Source: Oscillospiraceae bacterium (GTDB lineage Bacteria; Bacillota; Clostridia; Oscillospirales; Oscillospiraceae). Taken from it: a stretch of DNA of 53,670 nucleotides. Under the pieces are notes generated by a model. It did not search any database. It was not told the DNA's origin and worked only from the letters and a program-made list of their open reading frames with translations. The position numbers and the translations under genes were made by a program. Shown here in pieces: positions 19,057 to 27,146 of this stretch (positions within the stretch are counted from its first letter, which is position 1; the number at the start of each line of letters is the position of its first letter). The stretch covers positions 1-53,670 of the forward strand of contig WRMX01000001.1 of assembly GCA_009776905.1 (NCBI GenBank), given 5' to 3'.

Positions 19057-19188
19057 CATTCATTCATTCATTCATTCATTCATTCATTCATTCAATCAGT
19101 CATTCAGTCAGTCAGTCAGTCAGTCATTCAGTCAGTCAGTCAGTCAGTCAGTCAGTCAGTCAGTCAGTCAGTCAGTCAGTCAGTCAGT
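19057..19188. repeat. Compound tetranucleotide microsatellite, 33 units: (CATT)9, CAAT, then interrupted CAGT ending in 15 perfect CAGT
   Basis: Counted directly. 19057-19092 is 9 CATT. 19093-19128 is CAAT, CAGT, CATT, CAGT x5, CATT. 19129-19188 is CAGT x15. It fills almost the whole spacer between the rsgA stop (19195) and leuS. Confidence 0.97.
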
Positions 19189-19194
19189 CATCCG

Positions 19195-20325
19195 TCAATG
19201 GTGCCTTGCCCCTGTCTCCCAAGACTTCATTTCCTTTGCTTGCTCGTATAATTTCAAATAGCTGCCGTAGCGTGTTTCCTGAATGTCGCCTGATGCAAGC
19301 GCCTCCAGCACCAAGCAGCCCGGTTCCTTCACATGCGCGCAGTCCGGGAAGCGGCAATCGCCGATATATTGCTCAAAGTCCGGGAACAAGCATTGCAACT
19401 CCTCTTTTTGCGACAGCCTGTCCGTGTCGAAAGCGGAAAAGCCGGGAGTGTCCGCGACAATCGCGCCGCCGGGCAGCTTAAATAGCTCGACATGGCGGGT
19501 CGTGTGCCTCCCCCTCCCCAGTTTATAGCTGACATCGCCTGTCTTAATGTGGAAATTCGGGTCAAGAATGTTCAAAATGCTCGACTTCCCTACCCCGGAA
19601 TTGCCTGTGAACACAGAAACCGCGCCTTTGATCGCTTCCAGCAGCTCATTAACGCCCTCGCCAGTCTCCGCGCTTGTCCTGACCGTCCTGAAACCAGCGG
19701 CGCTGTAGATGTCAAATAGTCGTTTGGCGGGGTCGAGGTCGCATTTGTTGATGCATATAACCGCCTCGCAGCCGTTTTTTATGGCAGAAACGGTCATCCT
19801 GTCTATGAGATATGGGTCCGTCACAGGGATGGCCGCCGATGCGACTATGACCATGATGTCGACGTTCGTGACCGGCGGCCTGCTGAAAATGTTTTTTCGG
19901 GGCAATATTTCCATGATGTAGCCTTTGCCGGGCTCCGTGGGGGCATATGCGACGCGGTCGCCAACGTATGGGGAGTTGCTTTCGAGCCTGAATCGCCCGC
20001 GCGCCCTGCATTCGACGATTTCGCCCGGCATGCCGGTGTTGGCGCCCATTGTGCCGACGCCGCCGTCGTCCGCCAAGCCAACGCTGCCGGCCGTTAAGTC
20101 CGCGCCGCCGTCTGTCAAGTCCGCGCCGCCGCCCGCAAAGCCCACGCCGCCGTCTGTCAAGCCCGAGCCGCTGTCTGTCAAGCCCGCGCCGTCGTCTGCA
20201 CGTTGCGGCGCATTGGCCGCCATCCGCGCGGCGGGCTCGACGTAATAAAACCCGCTCATCGCCTTGAAAATGATCCCCTCCGCCAAAGGCGGCGCGTTTC
20301 CAAAATCACCCTCCATCAGGCTCAA
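19195..20325 (-). CDS. rsgA: Ribosome small-subunit-dependent GTPase A (RsgA/YjeQ) with ~75-aa Gly-rich insertion in the N-terminal OB fold
   Basis: VICINKCDL (NKxD), FTGNSGVGKSSILN (P-loop), GRHTTRHVELF, and the C-terminal zinc cluster CRFPDCAHVKEPGC. Canonical position downstream of prkC. Confidence 0.9.
   Translation of the reverse strand: MSLMEGDFGNAPPLAEGIIFKAMSGFYYVEPAARMAANAPQRADDGAGLTDSGSGLTDGGVGFAGGGADLTDGGADLTAGSVGLADDGGVGTMGANTGMPGEIVECRARGRFRLESNSPYVGDRVAYAPTEPGKGYIMEILPRKNIFSRPPVTNVDIMVIVASAAIPVTDPYLIDRMTVSAIKNGCEAVICINKCDLDPAKRLFDIYSAAGFRTVRTSAETGEGVNELLEAIKGAVSVFTGNSGVGKSSILNILDPNFHIKTGDVSYKLGRGRHTTRHVELFKLPGGAIVADTPGFSAFDTDRLSQKEELQCLFPDFEQYIGDCRFPDCAHVKEPGCLVLEALASGDIQETRYGSYLKLYEQAKEMKSWETGARHH
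20062..20200. repeat. In-frame 21-bp tandem repeat (about 6-7 units) inside rsgA
   Basis: Units start at 20062, 20083, 20104, 20125, 20146, 20167 and 20188 (for example GCCGCCGTCTGTCAAGTCCGC). They encode heptads resembling GLTDGGA. Confidence 0.85.
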
Positions 20326-22607
20326 GGCTCCTCGACGGCGCCACCGTCAACATCGTCAGGCGTGGGCGCTTCCGGCGGCATCACGGCGCCATCGCCATCC
20401 GTAGGCGTATCCGTGTCCCCGGGGTCGACCGGATGCTCCGGCTCCTCGGGCTCGGCCGGTGGCTCTTCCTCCCCCGGTTCGTCTGGGGGCTCTTCCTCCC
20501 CCGGTTCATCGGTGGGCTCCTCCTCCAAGGGGTCCGGAGAAGGTTCCTCCTCCACAGGATCCGGAGACGGCGTTTCCTCCGGGCCTGCCGAGATATGCAC
20601 TTCGATCGAGGCGGGCACGGTGATCATCTGCCCGATTTTTTCAATGAATATCACGGTGCCTTTCGGCATGTCGGAAGCATATTCAAAGAAAATCGGCGTA
20701 ATGTCATTGCTCCTGAACGCGGCCTCAAGCTGCTCTTTCGTGCTTCCTTTCAGATCAGGCACTTCCGCCTTCACGTTTTCCGGCCCCGCGCTGTAAATAA
20801 TCGTGACGCTGTTGCCGCGCGCAAGGCTGCTTCCCGCATCCGGAATCGTCCTGATTACATATCCTTTTTCGATGTCGCTGACAACGGGTTCCTCGATAAT
20901 GGAAAGCCCGATGCCTAGGCTGTCAAGCTCGTTCCTCGCCTGGCTGAAATGCAGTTCGATCAAATATGGCATCTGTATCGACGGCTCGCCGCCCAGCGAC
21001 ACCGTCAGGTCGATATTGCGCTTGTTCCCGGGCAGCGGCGCGTCAATTACCGTTCCTGCCGCAGGGCTTTGCGAAATAATGAGGCCTTCGGGAACTTCGT
21101 TGCTGAAAACATACTCAGGGCTCCTGAAATTATAATAATCGACGAAATCTTCTTTGATGATTATATCGGCATATACCCTGTTCACGAAATCGGGAATCTC
21201 CAGCTGCTCGCGTTCCTGCGGGCTGAAAATGTCCTTCAACAAATAGTTCCACATGAACACGACGACGGCAATCAGAAACAAAACTATGAAGAACACTCCG
21301 ACGAGGGTCGACGTATTCGCCGCCTTCTTTTTGGAAGCGCGGTATTCGTCGGCGGTCATGTCCGGCTTCTTTTTGGAAGACGCGACCTTTTGCCCGGCGG
21401 CAGCCGCAGGCCTCCGTTCCGGCCTCGGATCGAGAGCCGTTGACGCCCGCCTTTCGACCCTTTGCTCCGGCGCGGCGGCGTTGCCGCCGGCGGATGAAGG
21501 CGATGCGCCGCCTGCCAGGGAGGAGCCGGGGGCGGCGGAGGATGGGCCCGAGCCGGCGGAAGCCCTCGACGCGGAAGCCCTCGACGCGGAAGCAGATGCG
21601 GATGCGGAGGGGGACGCGGAGGGGGACGCCAAAGCGGTAGGGCCGCCGCGTTCCGACCTGCGCGAAGGCGCGATCACCGACGCCGATTGCACGACACGGG
21701 TGTCCTGCTCGTCATAAACATCGGCGAGCTGCCTGTCCCTCGGTTCGGAAGGGGTATATTTAAACACTATTGACGGGTTTTTACGGAACTCTTCAAGATC
21801 GTTCAGCATTTCATCCGCAGTCGTAAAACGCATGTTCAAGTCCGGCTCCATGGCGTGCATCGTGATATCCTCAAGGCCGACGGGGATATCGGGGTTGAGC
21901 TCACGGGGCATCAGCGGAATCGCGCTTATGTGCTGGATGGCTACCGAAACCGCGGACTCGCCGACAAACGGCAGTCTGCTCGTCAGCATCTCGTACATGA
22001 CCACGCCGACCGAATAAATATCGGACCGCGCGTCGACATGCCCGCCCTTTGCCTGCTCGGGAGATATATAATGGACAGATCCGAGAGCCTCCTGCGTCAG
22101 CGTGTTCTGCGCCATCAGCAGCCTCGCGATGCCGAAATCCGCCACCTTGACGCTGCCGTCCTTTAGAATCATGATGTTATGTGGCTTGATGTCGCGGTGG
22201 ATAATGCCCCGCGAATGCGCGTGCCCCAACGCTTTAGTGACCTGCGTCGCGAAATGCAGGGCCTCTTTCCAATTGAGGAGGCCTTTGCGGTTTATGTATT
22301 GTTTAAGCGTAATGCCCTCAATGAGTTCCATTACGATAAATTCGATGTTGTCTGAACGGCTGACATCATATACCGCGACTATGTTCGGATGCGAGAGCAT
22401 GCCGACGGCCTGCGACTCCGTGTGGAAACGGCGCCTGAAATCCTCGTCGCCCGCTAAGTCTTCTTTAAGAATCTTTATGGCGACATACCTGTTCAAGCGG
22501 TGGCATCGCGCCTTATACACCAGAGCCATGCCGCCGGTGCCGATGAGCTCCAGTATTTCATACCTATTATCAAGAATCCTGCCTATGTACTTTTCAGTAT
22601 TATCCAT
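20322..22607 (-). CDS. prkC: Ser/Thr protein kinase PrkC with three PASTA domains and acidic/Pro-rich C-terminal tail
   Basis: Hanks kinase motifs GTGGMALVYKA, AIK, HRDIKPHN, DFGIA and SPEQ. A low-complexity linker, one TM helix (LVGVFFIVLFLIAVVVFMW), then three PASTA-like repeats. ATG at 22607 has AGGAGA 7 nt upstream. The track start 22730 would run into the stp gene end. Confidence 0.92.
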   Translation of the reverse strand: MDNTEKYIGRILDNRYEILELIGTGGMALVYKARCHRLNRYVAIKILKEDLAGDEDFRRRFHTESQAVGMLSHPNIVAVYDVSRSDNIEFIVMELIEGITLKQYINRKGLLNWKEALHFATQVTKALGHAHSRGIIHRDIKPHNIMILKDGSVKVADFGIARLLMAQNTLTQEALGSVHYISPEQAKGGHVDARSDIYSVGVVMYEMLTSRLPFVGESAVSVAIQHISAIPLMPRELNPDIPVGLEDITMHAMEPDLNMRFTTADEMLNDLEEFRKNPSIVFKYTPSEPRDRQLADVYDEQDTRVVQSASVIAPSRRSERGGPTALASPSASPSASASASASRASASRASAGSGPSSAAPGSSLAGGASPSSAGGNAAAPEQRVERRASTALDPRPERRPAAAAGQKVASSKKKPDMTADEYRASKKKAANTSTLVGVFFIVLFLIAVVVFMWNYLLKDIFSPQEREQLEIPDFVNRVYADIIIKEDFVDYYNFRSPEYVFSNEVPEGLIISQSPAAGTVIDAPLPGNKRNIDLTVSLGGEPSIQMPYLIELHFSQARNELDSLGIGLSIIEEPVVSDIEKGYVIRTIPDAGSSLARGNSVTIIYSAGPENVKAEVPDLKGSTKEQLEAAFRSNDITPIFFEYASDMPKGTVIFIEKIGQMITVPASIEVHISAGPEETPSPDPVEEEPSPDPLEEEPTDEPGEEEPPDEPGEEEPPAEPEEPEHPVDPGDTDTPTDGDGAVMPPEAPTPDDVDGGAVEEP

Positions 22608-22733
22608 ATGCGTATCTCCTAACCTGAGGAATTCGCCCATACAACCCAAGATAAATGCCGGGCACTGACGCGGGGTTGAGGTTTGGACGCGAAGATAGCG
22701 AAAAATTTGAAATATGCTGTGAAAAATCAAAAA

Positions 22734-23477
22734 TCATTTCGTGAAAACGACAGCGGTAACATTGTCTGGGGCGCCGCGCGCAAGCGAAATCTCGATCAGG
22801 TTTTCGCAGCATTCGCGCGCATCCTTTCCGCGCTGCATTTCGATGAGTATCTCGTCATCCATCACGATGTTCGAGACCCCGTCGGAACACAACAGCAACT
22901 GCTCGCCGCTGTCCATCGCAAGGAAAAACACATCGGGCTTTTCAATGTTGCTGGTCCCGAGTGCGCGCGTGATGAGATGCTTGCTCGGGTGCATATATGA
23001 TTCGGCGCGCGTGAGGTCGCCCCTGATAATCATATCCTCGACGACGGAATGGTCCCGCGTTATTTGCTTTATGTTCCCTGTTTGGATGTAATATGCCCTG
23101 CTGTCTCCGATATTTACGATGATTTCCCCGCCGGAATATGAAAGGGCAGCCGTCAGCGTCGTCCCCATCCCGGCAAATTCATCGTCACGGCTGCTTTTCA
23201 TAAAGACGGCCCTGTTGGCGGCGAAAACGGATTCCGTCATCTTTTGAGTCATGCTTTTCACAGTTTCGGACTCATCGAACCCTTCGACATATTTGCCCAT
23301 ATGATGCATGAAGGTCTCGGCGGCAAGCATGCTTGCGACGTTTCCGGCCTTGGCGCCGCCCATGCCATCGCAGACGACAAGAATGGCGATTTTTTTGTCG
23401 TCGTCGAAGAGGGTTTTGAAGACATCCTGGTTTTGGCGCCTTATTTTTCCGCTGTTGGTCGCTCCCCAAAGCTCCAT
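22734..23477 (-). CDS. stp: PP2C-family Ser/Thr protein phosphatase (Stp/PrpC)
   Basis: RRQNQDVF, VCDGMGG, GMGTT, LCSDG and DNVT motifs. Canonical stp-prkC pair. RBS AGAGGAG. Confidence 0.92.
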   Translation of the reverse strand: MELWGATNSGKIRRQNQDVFKTLFDDDKKIAILVVCDGMGGAKAGNVASMLAAETFMHHMGKYVEGFDESETVKSMTQKMTESVFAANRAVFMKSSRDDEFAGMGTTLTAALSYSGGEIIVNIGDSRAYYIQTGNIKQITRDHSVVEDMIIRGDLTRAESYMHPSKHLITRALGTSNIEKPDVFFLAMDSGEQLLLCSDGVSNIVMDDEILIEMQRGKDARECCENLIEISLARGAPDNVTAVVFTK

Positions 23478-23531
23478 GCAGTACTCCTCTGATTATTGTA
23501 TCCGTTAAACGAGTCCGGCGTTGCCGCTCAC

Positions 23532-23735
23532 GCCCTTGCGCGGGGCGCAGGCCTCATGCCAATCCCTTGCGCGGGGCGTAGGACTCACGTCAATCCCTTG
23601 CGCGGGGCGTAGGACTCACGTCAATCCTTTGCGCGGGGCGTAGGACTCACGTCAATCCCTTGCGCGGGGCGTAGGACTCACGTCAATCCTTTGCGCGGGG
23701 CGCAGGACTCATGCCATTCCCTTCCGCTGGCGGAG
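23532..23735. repeat. 31-bp direct tandem repeat, six full units plus a degenerate seventh overlapping the rlmN 3' end
   Basis: The CCCTTGCG/CCTTTGCG landmark recurs at 23533, 23564, 23595, 23626, 23657, 23688 and 23719, an exact 31-nt period. The inner four units are nearly identical (GCGCGGGGCGTAGGACTCACGTCAATCC). The outer units carry the CGCAGG..CTCATGCCA variant. Confidence 0.95.
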
Positions 23736-24782
23736 CTGCCCGCAAGCAGCGTCTATATCTCCGCCCAATCTGCGGCGGAGCGTATAATTGACTCCCCTGT
23801 CTTTCAGCACCCGCGTGAAGGCATCGAAGCTCGCCTTCCCGCAAGGGGCGAACCCGCGTTCGGGCACTTCGTTTAACAAAATGAGGTTTAAATGGCTGCC
23901 GGAATGCGCGAGCCTGTCCGCAAGCAGTTCCGCCTGCCAAGAATAATCGTTGACGCCGCCTATCATTGCGTATTCATATGTCACGCGCCTTCCGGTCGCT
24001 GCGAAATATCTTTCGCACGCCGAAAAAAGCTCAGCGACTCCGCCGGAGCTGTTGATCGGCATCAACCGCGACCGCGTCTCGTCGTCGGGCGCGTGAAGCG
24101 AAACCGCCAATGTAGATTTTATATCAAGTTCAGCCATTTTGTCAATCTTTTCGACAATTCCGCAAGTAGATAATGAAATATGGCGCGTGCCGATATTCAG
24201 CCCGAGGGGATGGGTGGCAAGCTCCAAAAATTTCATGACGTTTTCAAAGTTGTCAAGGGGCTCTCCGATCCCCATCAGTACGACGTTCGAGATCCTCTTC
24301 CCTGCATCCCGCTGCGAAAACAGGATCTGGTCGAGCATTTCGGAGGCAGCAAGATTGCGCTCCAAGCCTCCGATCGTCGACGCGCAAAAAGCGCATCCCA
24401 TCCTACAGCCGACTTGCGTCGATATGCAAACGGTCAGCCCATGCTCATATTCCATCAAAACGCTCTCTATCGAATTGCCGTCATCAAATCGCCATAGGTA
24501 TTTTACCGTGCCGTCGATTTTGGAGGCCTGCTTTTGGAGCATTTCGGGAGCTGAAATGTAGAACTCGTCCGAGAGCCGCTGCCGCAGGGCTTCCGAAAGG
24601 TTCGTCATCTCCGAGAAAGCGGTGGCGCAGTCGTGCAGCCAGCGAAAGACCTGCTCCGCGCGGAACGGGCGCTCGCCTATCGACGCGAAATATGCTTCCA
24701 AATCCGTTGGCGACAATGACTTAATATCTGATTTCAATAATAATACCTCGTCGCAAGCTATGCCTTGCGCTGCATTTTGCAT
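23709..24782 (-). CDS. rlmN: 23S rRNA/tRNA adenine-C2 methyltransferase RlmN (radical SAM)
   Basis: PFRAEQVFRWLH N-terminal motif, CRMGCAFC radical-SAM cluster, GIGEPLDN, and C-terminal DIDAACGQL. I prefer the ATG at 24782. The track start 24944 lies deep inside rsmB. Confidence 0.92.
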   Translation of the reverse strand: MQNAAQGIACDEVLLLKSDIKSLSPTDLEAYFASIGERPFRAEQVFRWLHDCATAFSEMTNLSEALRQRLSDEFYISAPEMLQKQASKIDGTVKYLWRFDDGNSIESVLMEYEHGLTVCISTQVGCRMGCAFCASTIGGLERNLAASEMLDQILFSQRDAGKRISNVVLMGIGEPLDNFENVMKFLELATHPLGLNIGTRHISLSTCGIVEKIDKMAELDIKSTLAVSLHAPDDETRSRLMPINSSGGVAELFSACERYFAATGRRVTYEYAMIGGVNDYSWQAELLADRLAHSGSHLNLILLNEVPERGFAPCGKASFDAFTRVLKDRGVNYTLRRRLGGDIDAACGQLRQRKGMA

Positions 24783-26218
24783 ATGAAAAACCCGTCTGTG
24801 TGGTGGACATGAGGCAGGAGTTTTGCCATCCCGTCCGGAACGTCGCCAAAGCCCGGCAATGAAAAACCAGCCAAGGCGAAGTCCTTTCTCTCGCGCAGGA
24901 ACGACTCGACGACTTCTTCGTTTTCTTCGTTTAACAACGTGCAAGTCGAATATATCAACGTGCCGCCCGGTTTTACGTATGAAGATAGATTATGCAGGAT
25001 CTTCTTTTGTATTTCGGGGAGGCCGGCGATTTCTTCGCGGGTTTTATATCGTATCTCCGGTTTTTTGCGTATGACGCCGAAGCCGGAACAAGGCACGTCG
25101 GCGAGAACGACATCGGCAAGGGCAGCTGATGCATTGGCGAGGACGGTGCCGCCAGTACGAGCGGAATCTGTTTGGACTGCAGCGACACTGCCGTCCGCAG
25201 AAGCCGTAGCAATAACGACGCCGTCTGCAGCGACACCGCCGCCAGCAGCGACGTTGGCGTTAGAATCGGCGCCCACAGCGTCGCAGACCAAAACCTCGAT
25301 GATTCCGATGCCTAGCCTCCTGGCGCCCTCGGAAACCGCATTGAGCTTCGCCGCGCTGATATCGCGAGCCTCAATGCGCCCCGTGTTGCGCATCAAGACT
25401 GCCGCCGCAAACGATTTCCCGCCGGGAGCGGCGCAACCGTCGATGACATAGTCGCCTTTGCATGGGCTTGCTGCCAAAACCGCGCAATGGGAAGAGGCAT
25501 CCTGGACATAGAACAGTCCCTTCTTAAATGCGGCCAGCCTTTCGATGCCGCCCGGGCAGCGGAAGTCAACGCAATCGTCGAAGGTCTCATGCATCGAAGC
25601 CGTGATTCCGTCGGCAGCCAGGCTGGCAATCAATTCTTCCGTATTCGTCAGCAAAGTGTTGACTTGCGCGGTAATTGGAGATGAATCGTCATTATTTGAT
25701 GTCAGGAGGGCTTCCGTGCCATCATGTCCAAACGCTTCGCAAAACTTCTGGACCAGCCACAACGGATGGCTGTACTTCACAGACAAGCGCTCGCATATGT
25801 CCTCGATTTCGAGGCTCGGAACAGAGCCGTCCGCCGCGCTGTCGGCAATTCTGCGCAACACAGCATTGACAAATCCGGCAGCTTTTTTGTTAGCGGACTT
25901 CGTAGCAAGCGTAACGCCCTCGTTGACGGCGGCGCTATATGGAATTTTCGACAAAAACAAAATCTGGTATATCGAAATGCGCAGTATATCAAGAACGCGC
26001 GGTTCAATCTTTTGGATTGAAAAAGTAGAAAAACACGATAAAATATAATCGCAATACGCCATGTTCTGGAGGACGCCGTTAATGATCTGCTCGGCAAGCG
26101 CCGCATCGATGGGAGAGATGCTCGATTTTGCCTTTTGCTCATATAGGCTTTTTAGCGGCCGTTTTTTGTTGCGCCTAAACTCCCCCAGCGCTTTGAGCGC
26201 GGCTTCGCGCGCGGTCAA
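24758..26218 (-). CDS. rsmB: 16S rRNA cytosine-C5 methyltransferase RsmB (Sun) with low-complexity insertion in the methyltransferase domain
   Basis: NusB-like N-terminal domain, then DGCAAPGGKS, DVPCSGFGVIRKKPEI and YSTCT motifs. Proposed TTG start at 26218 forms a TTGA overlap with the fmt stop and has AGAGGG upstream. Confidence 0.9.
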   Translation of the reverse strand: MTAREAALKALGEFRRNKKRPLKSLYEQKAKSSISPIDAALAEQIINGVLQNMAYCDYILSCFSTFSIQKIEPRVLDILRISIYQILFLSKIPYSAAVNEGVTLATKSANKKAAGFVNAVLRRIADSAADGSVPSLEIEDICERLSVKYSHPLWLVQKFCEAFGHDGTEALLTSNNDDSSPITAQVNTLLTNTEELIASLAADGITASMHETFDDCVDFRCPGGIERLAAFKKGLFYVQDASSHCAVLAASPCKGDYVIDGCAAPGGKSFAAAVLMRNTGRIEARDISAAKLNAVSEGARRLGIGIIEVLVCDAVGADSNANVAAGGGVAADGVVIATASADGSVAAVQTDSARTGGTVLANASAALADVVLADVPCSGFGVIRKKPEIRYKTREEIAGLPEIQKKILHNLSSYVKPGGTLIYSTCTLLNEENEEVVESFLRERKDFALAGFSLPGFGDVPDGMAKLLPHVHHTDGFFICKMQRKA

Positions 26219-27144
26219 AGCGCATGCCCTCTGAGGTATTCTGCAGCGGTCATGCGCCGGCCGCCCGCTGCCTGGAGCTCCTTGATTATGACCGATCCGT
26301 CCGAACATGCGACTTCGATTCCATGGTTTCCGTAAGAAATGATGTCGCCCGGCGTATAGCCGACCTCTGTGATATGCCCACCTGATGCCTTTTCGGCAAT
26401 TGCAACGGAATGTATCTTAAAAATCGACCCGGAAAACACCGCCGTGGCGCCAGGCCATGGGCTCAACCCGCGCACCTTGCACTTGATATTATATGCGGAA
26501 TCTCCCCAATCGATCGGGGAGATGCTCCTGTCAAGCTGCGGCGCGTAAGTCGCCTCCAAGTGATTCTGCGGCATGCGCGCGGCAGTTCCTTCCGTAATGC
26601 TATTGATTGTCTCAATAAGCAGCTCGGCGCCGATAACGCTCAGCCTGTCGTGCAGCTCGCCTGCCGTCTCCTCTTCGCCGATATACGTCTTTTTGCTCGA
26701 AATGACGTCGCCGGTATCAAGCTCGCGCGCCATATACATTGCAGTGACGCCTGTCTCCCTCTCCCCTTTTATAACTGCCCATTGGATGGGCGCTGCGCCC
26801 CGGTATTTCGGCAGCAGCGACGCATGAATATTTATGCATCCGAGTGGAGGTATCTCGAGAGCCTCCGCAGGCAGGAGTTGGCCGTATGCAACCACGACGA
26901 TCAAATCGCATTGCAGCATACGGAGCTCGTCAATGACCTGAGGGCTGTTGAACGAATCCGGTTGGAACACCTTCGAGCCTCGTTCCAGCGCTATGGTTTT
27001 GATTGGGCTGTAGCTGACGTTCCCTCCCCTGTTGCGTGGCTTATCCGGTTGGGTGTACACGCCGACGATGTCATGTCCGCTATTATACAGGCTTTCCAGC
27101 GACGCGCAAGCAAAGGCGGGAGTGCCCATAAAGACAATTTTCAA
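26215..27144 (-). CDS. fmt: Methionyl-tRNA formyltransferase
   Basis: MKIVFMGTPAFA, INIHASLLPKYRGAAPIQWA and the C-terminal EYLRG region. Canonical def-fmt order. Confidence 0.95.
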   Translation of the reverse strand: MKIVFMGTPAFACASLESLYNSGHDIVGVYTQPDKPRNRGGNVSYSPIKTIALERGSKVFQPDSFNSPQVIDELRMLQCDLIVVVAYGQLLPAEALEIPPLGCINIHASLLPKYRGAAPIQWAVIKGERETGVTAMYMARELDTGDVISSKKTYIGEEETAGELHDRLSVIGAELLIETINSITEGTAARMPQNHLEATYAPQLDRSISPIDWGDSAYNIKCKVRGLSPWPGATAVFSGSIFKIHSVAIAEKASGGHITEVGYTPGDIISYGNHGIEVACSDGSVIIKELQAAGGRRMTAAEYLRGHAL

Positions 27145-27146
27145 AA

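Noticed and set aside
19030-19194. T-box leader or other riboswitch upstream of leuS
   Set aside because: The spacer is only ~165 nt and 132 nt of it is microsatellite. I found no specifier-loop or T-box (AGGGUGGNACCGCG-like) sequence.
18974-19481. Track ORFs translating to SFIHSFIHSFIH...VSQSVSQSVSQ
   Set aside because: These are translations of the tetranucleotide microsatellite on the strand opposite the flanking operon. The periodic peptide is an artefact of the repeat, not a gene.
22608-22730. N-terminal extensions in the ORF track for prkC (and likewise rlmN 24783-24944, rsmB 26219-26308, priA 30461-30691, cmk 48434-48526, yicC 31999-32028)
   Set aside because: The extensions overlap the upstream gene's coding end, lack an RBS and are not part of the conserved families. 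Internal starts with good RBS or ATGA/TTGA coupling fit better.
23532-23717. Possible CRISPR array, given regularly spaced ~31-bp repeats
   Set aside because: The units abut each other with no unique spacers, because the period equals the repeat length. No cas genes are nearby. It is a simple tandem minisatellite.
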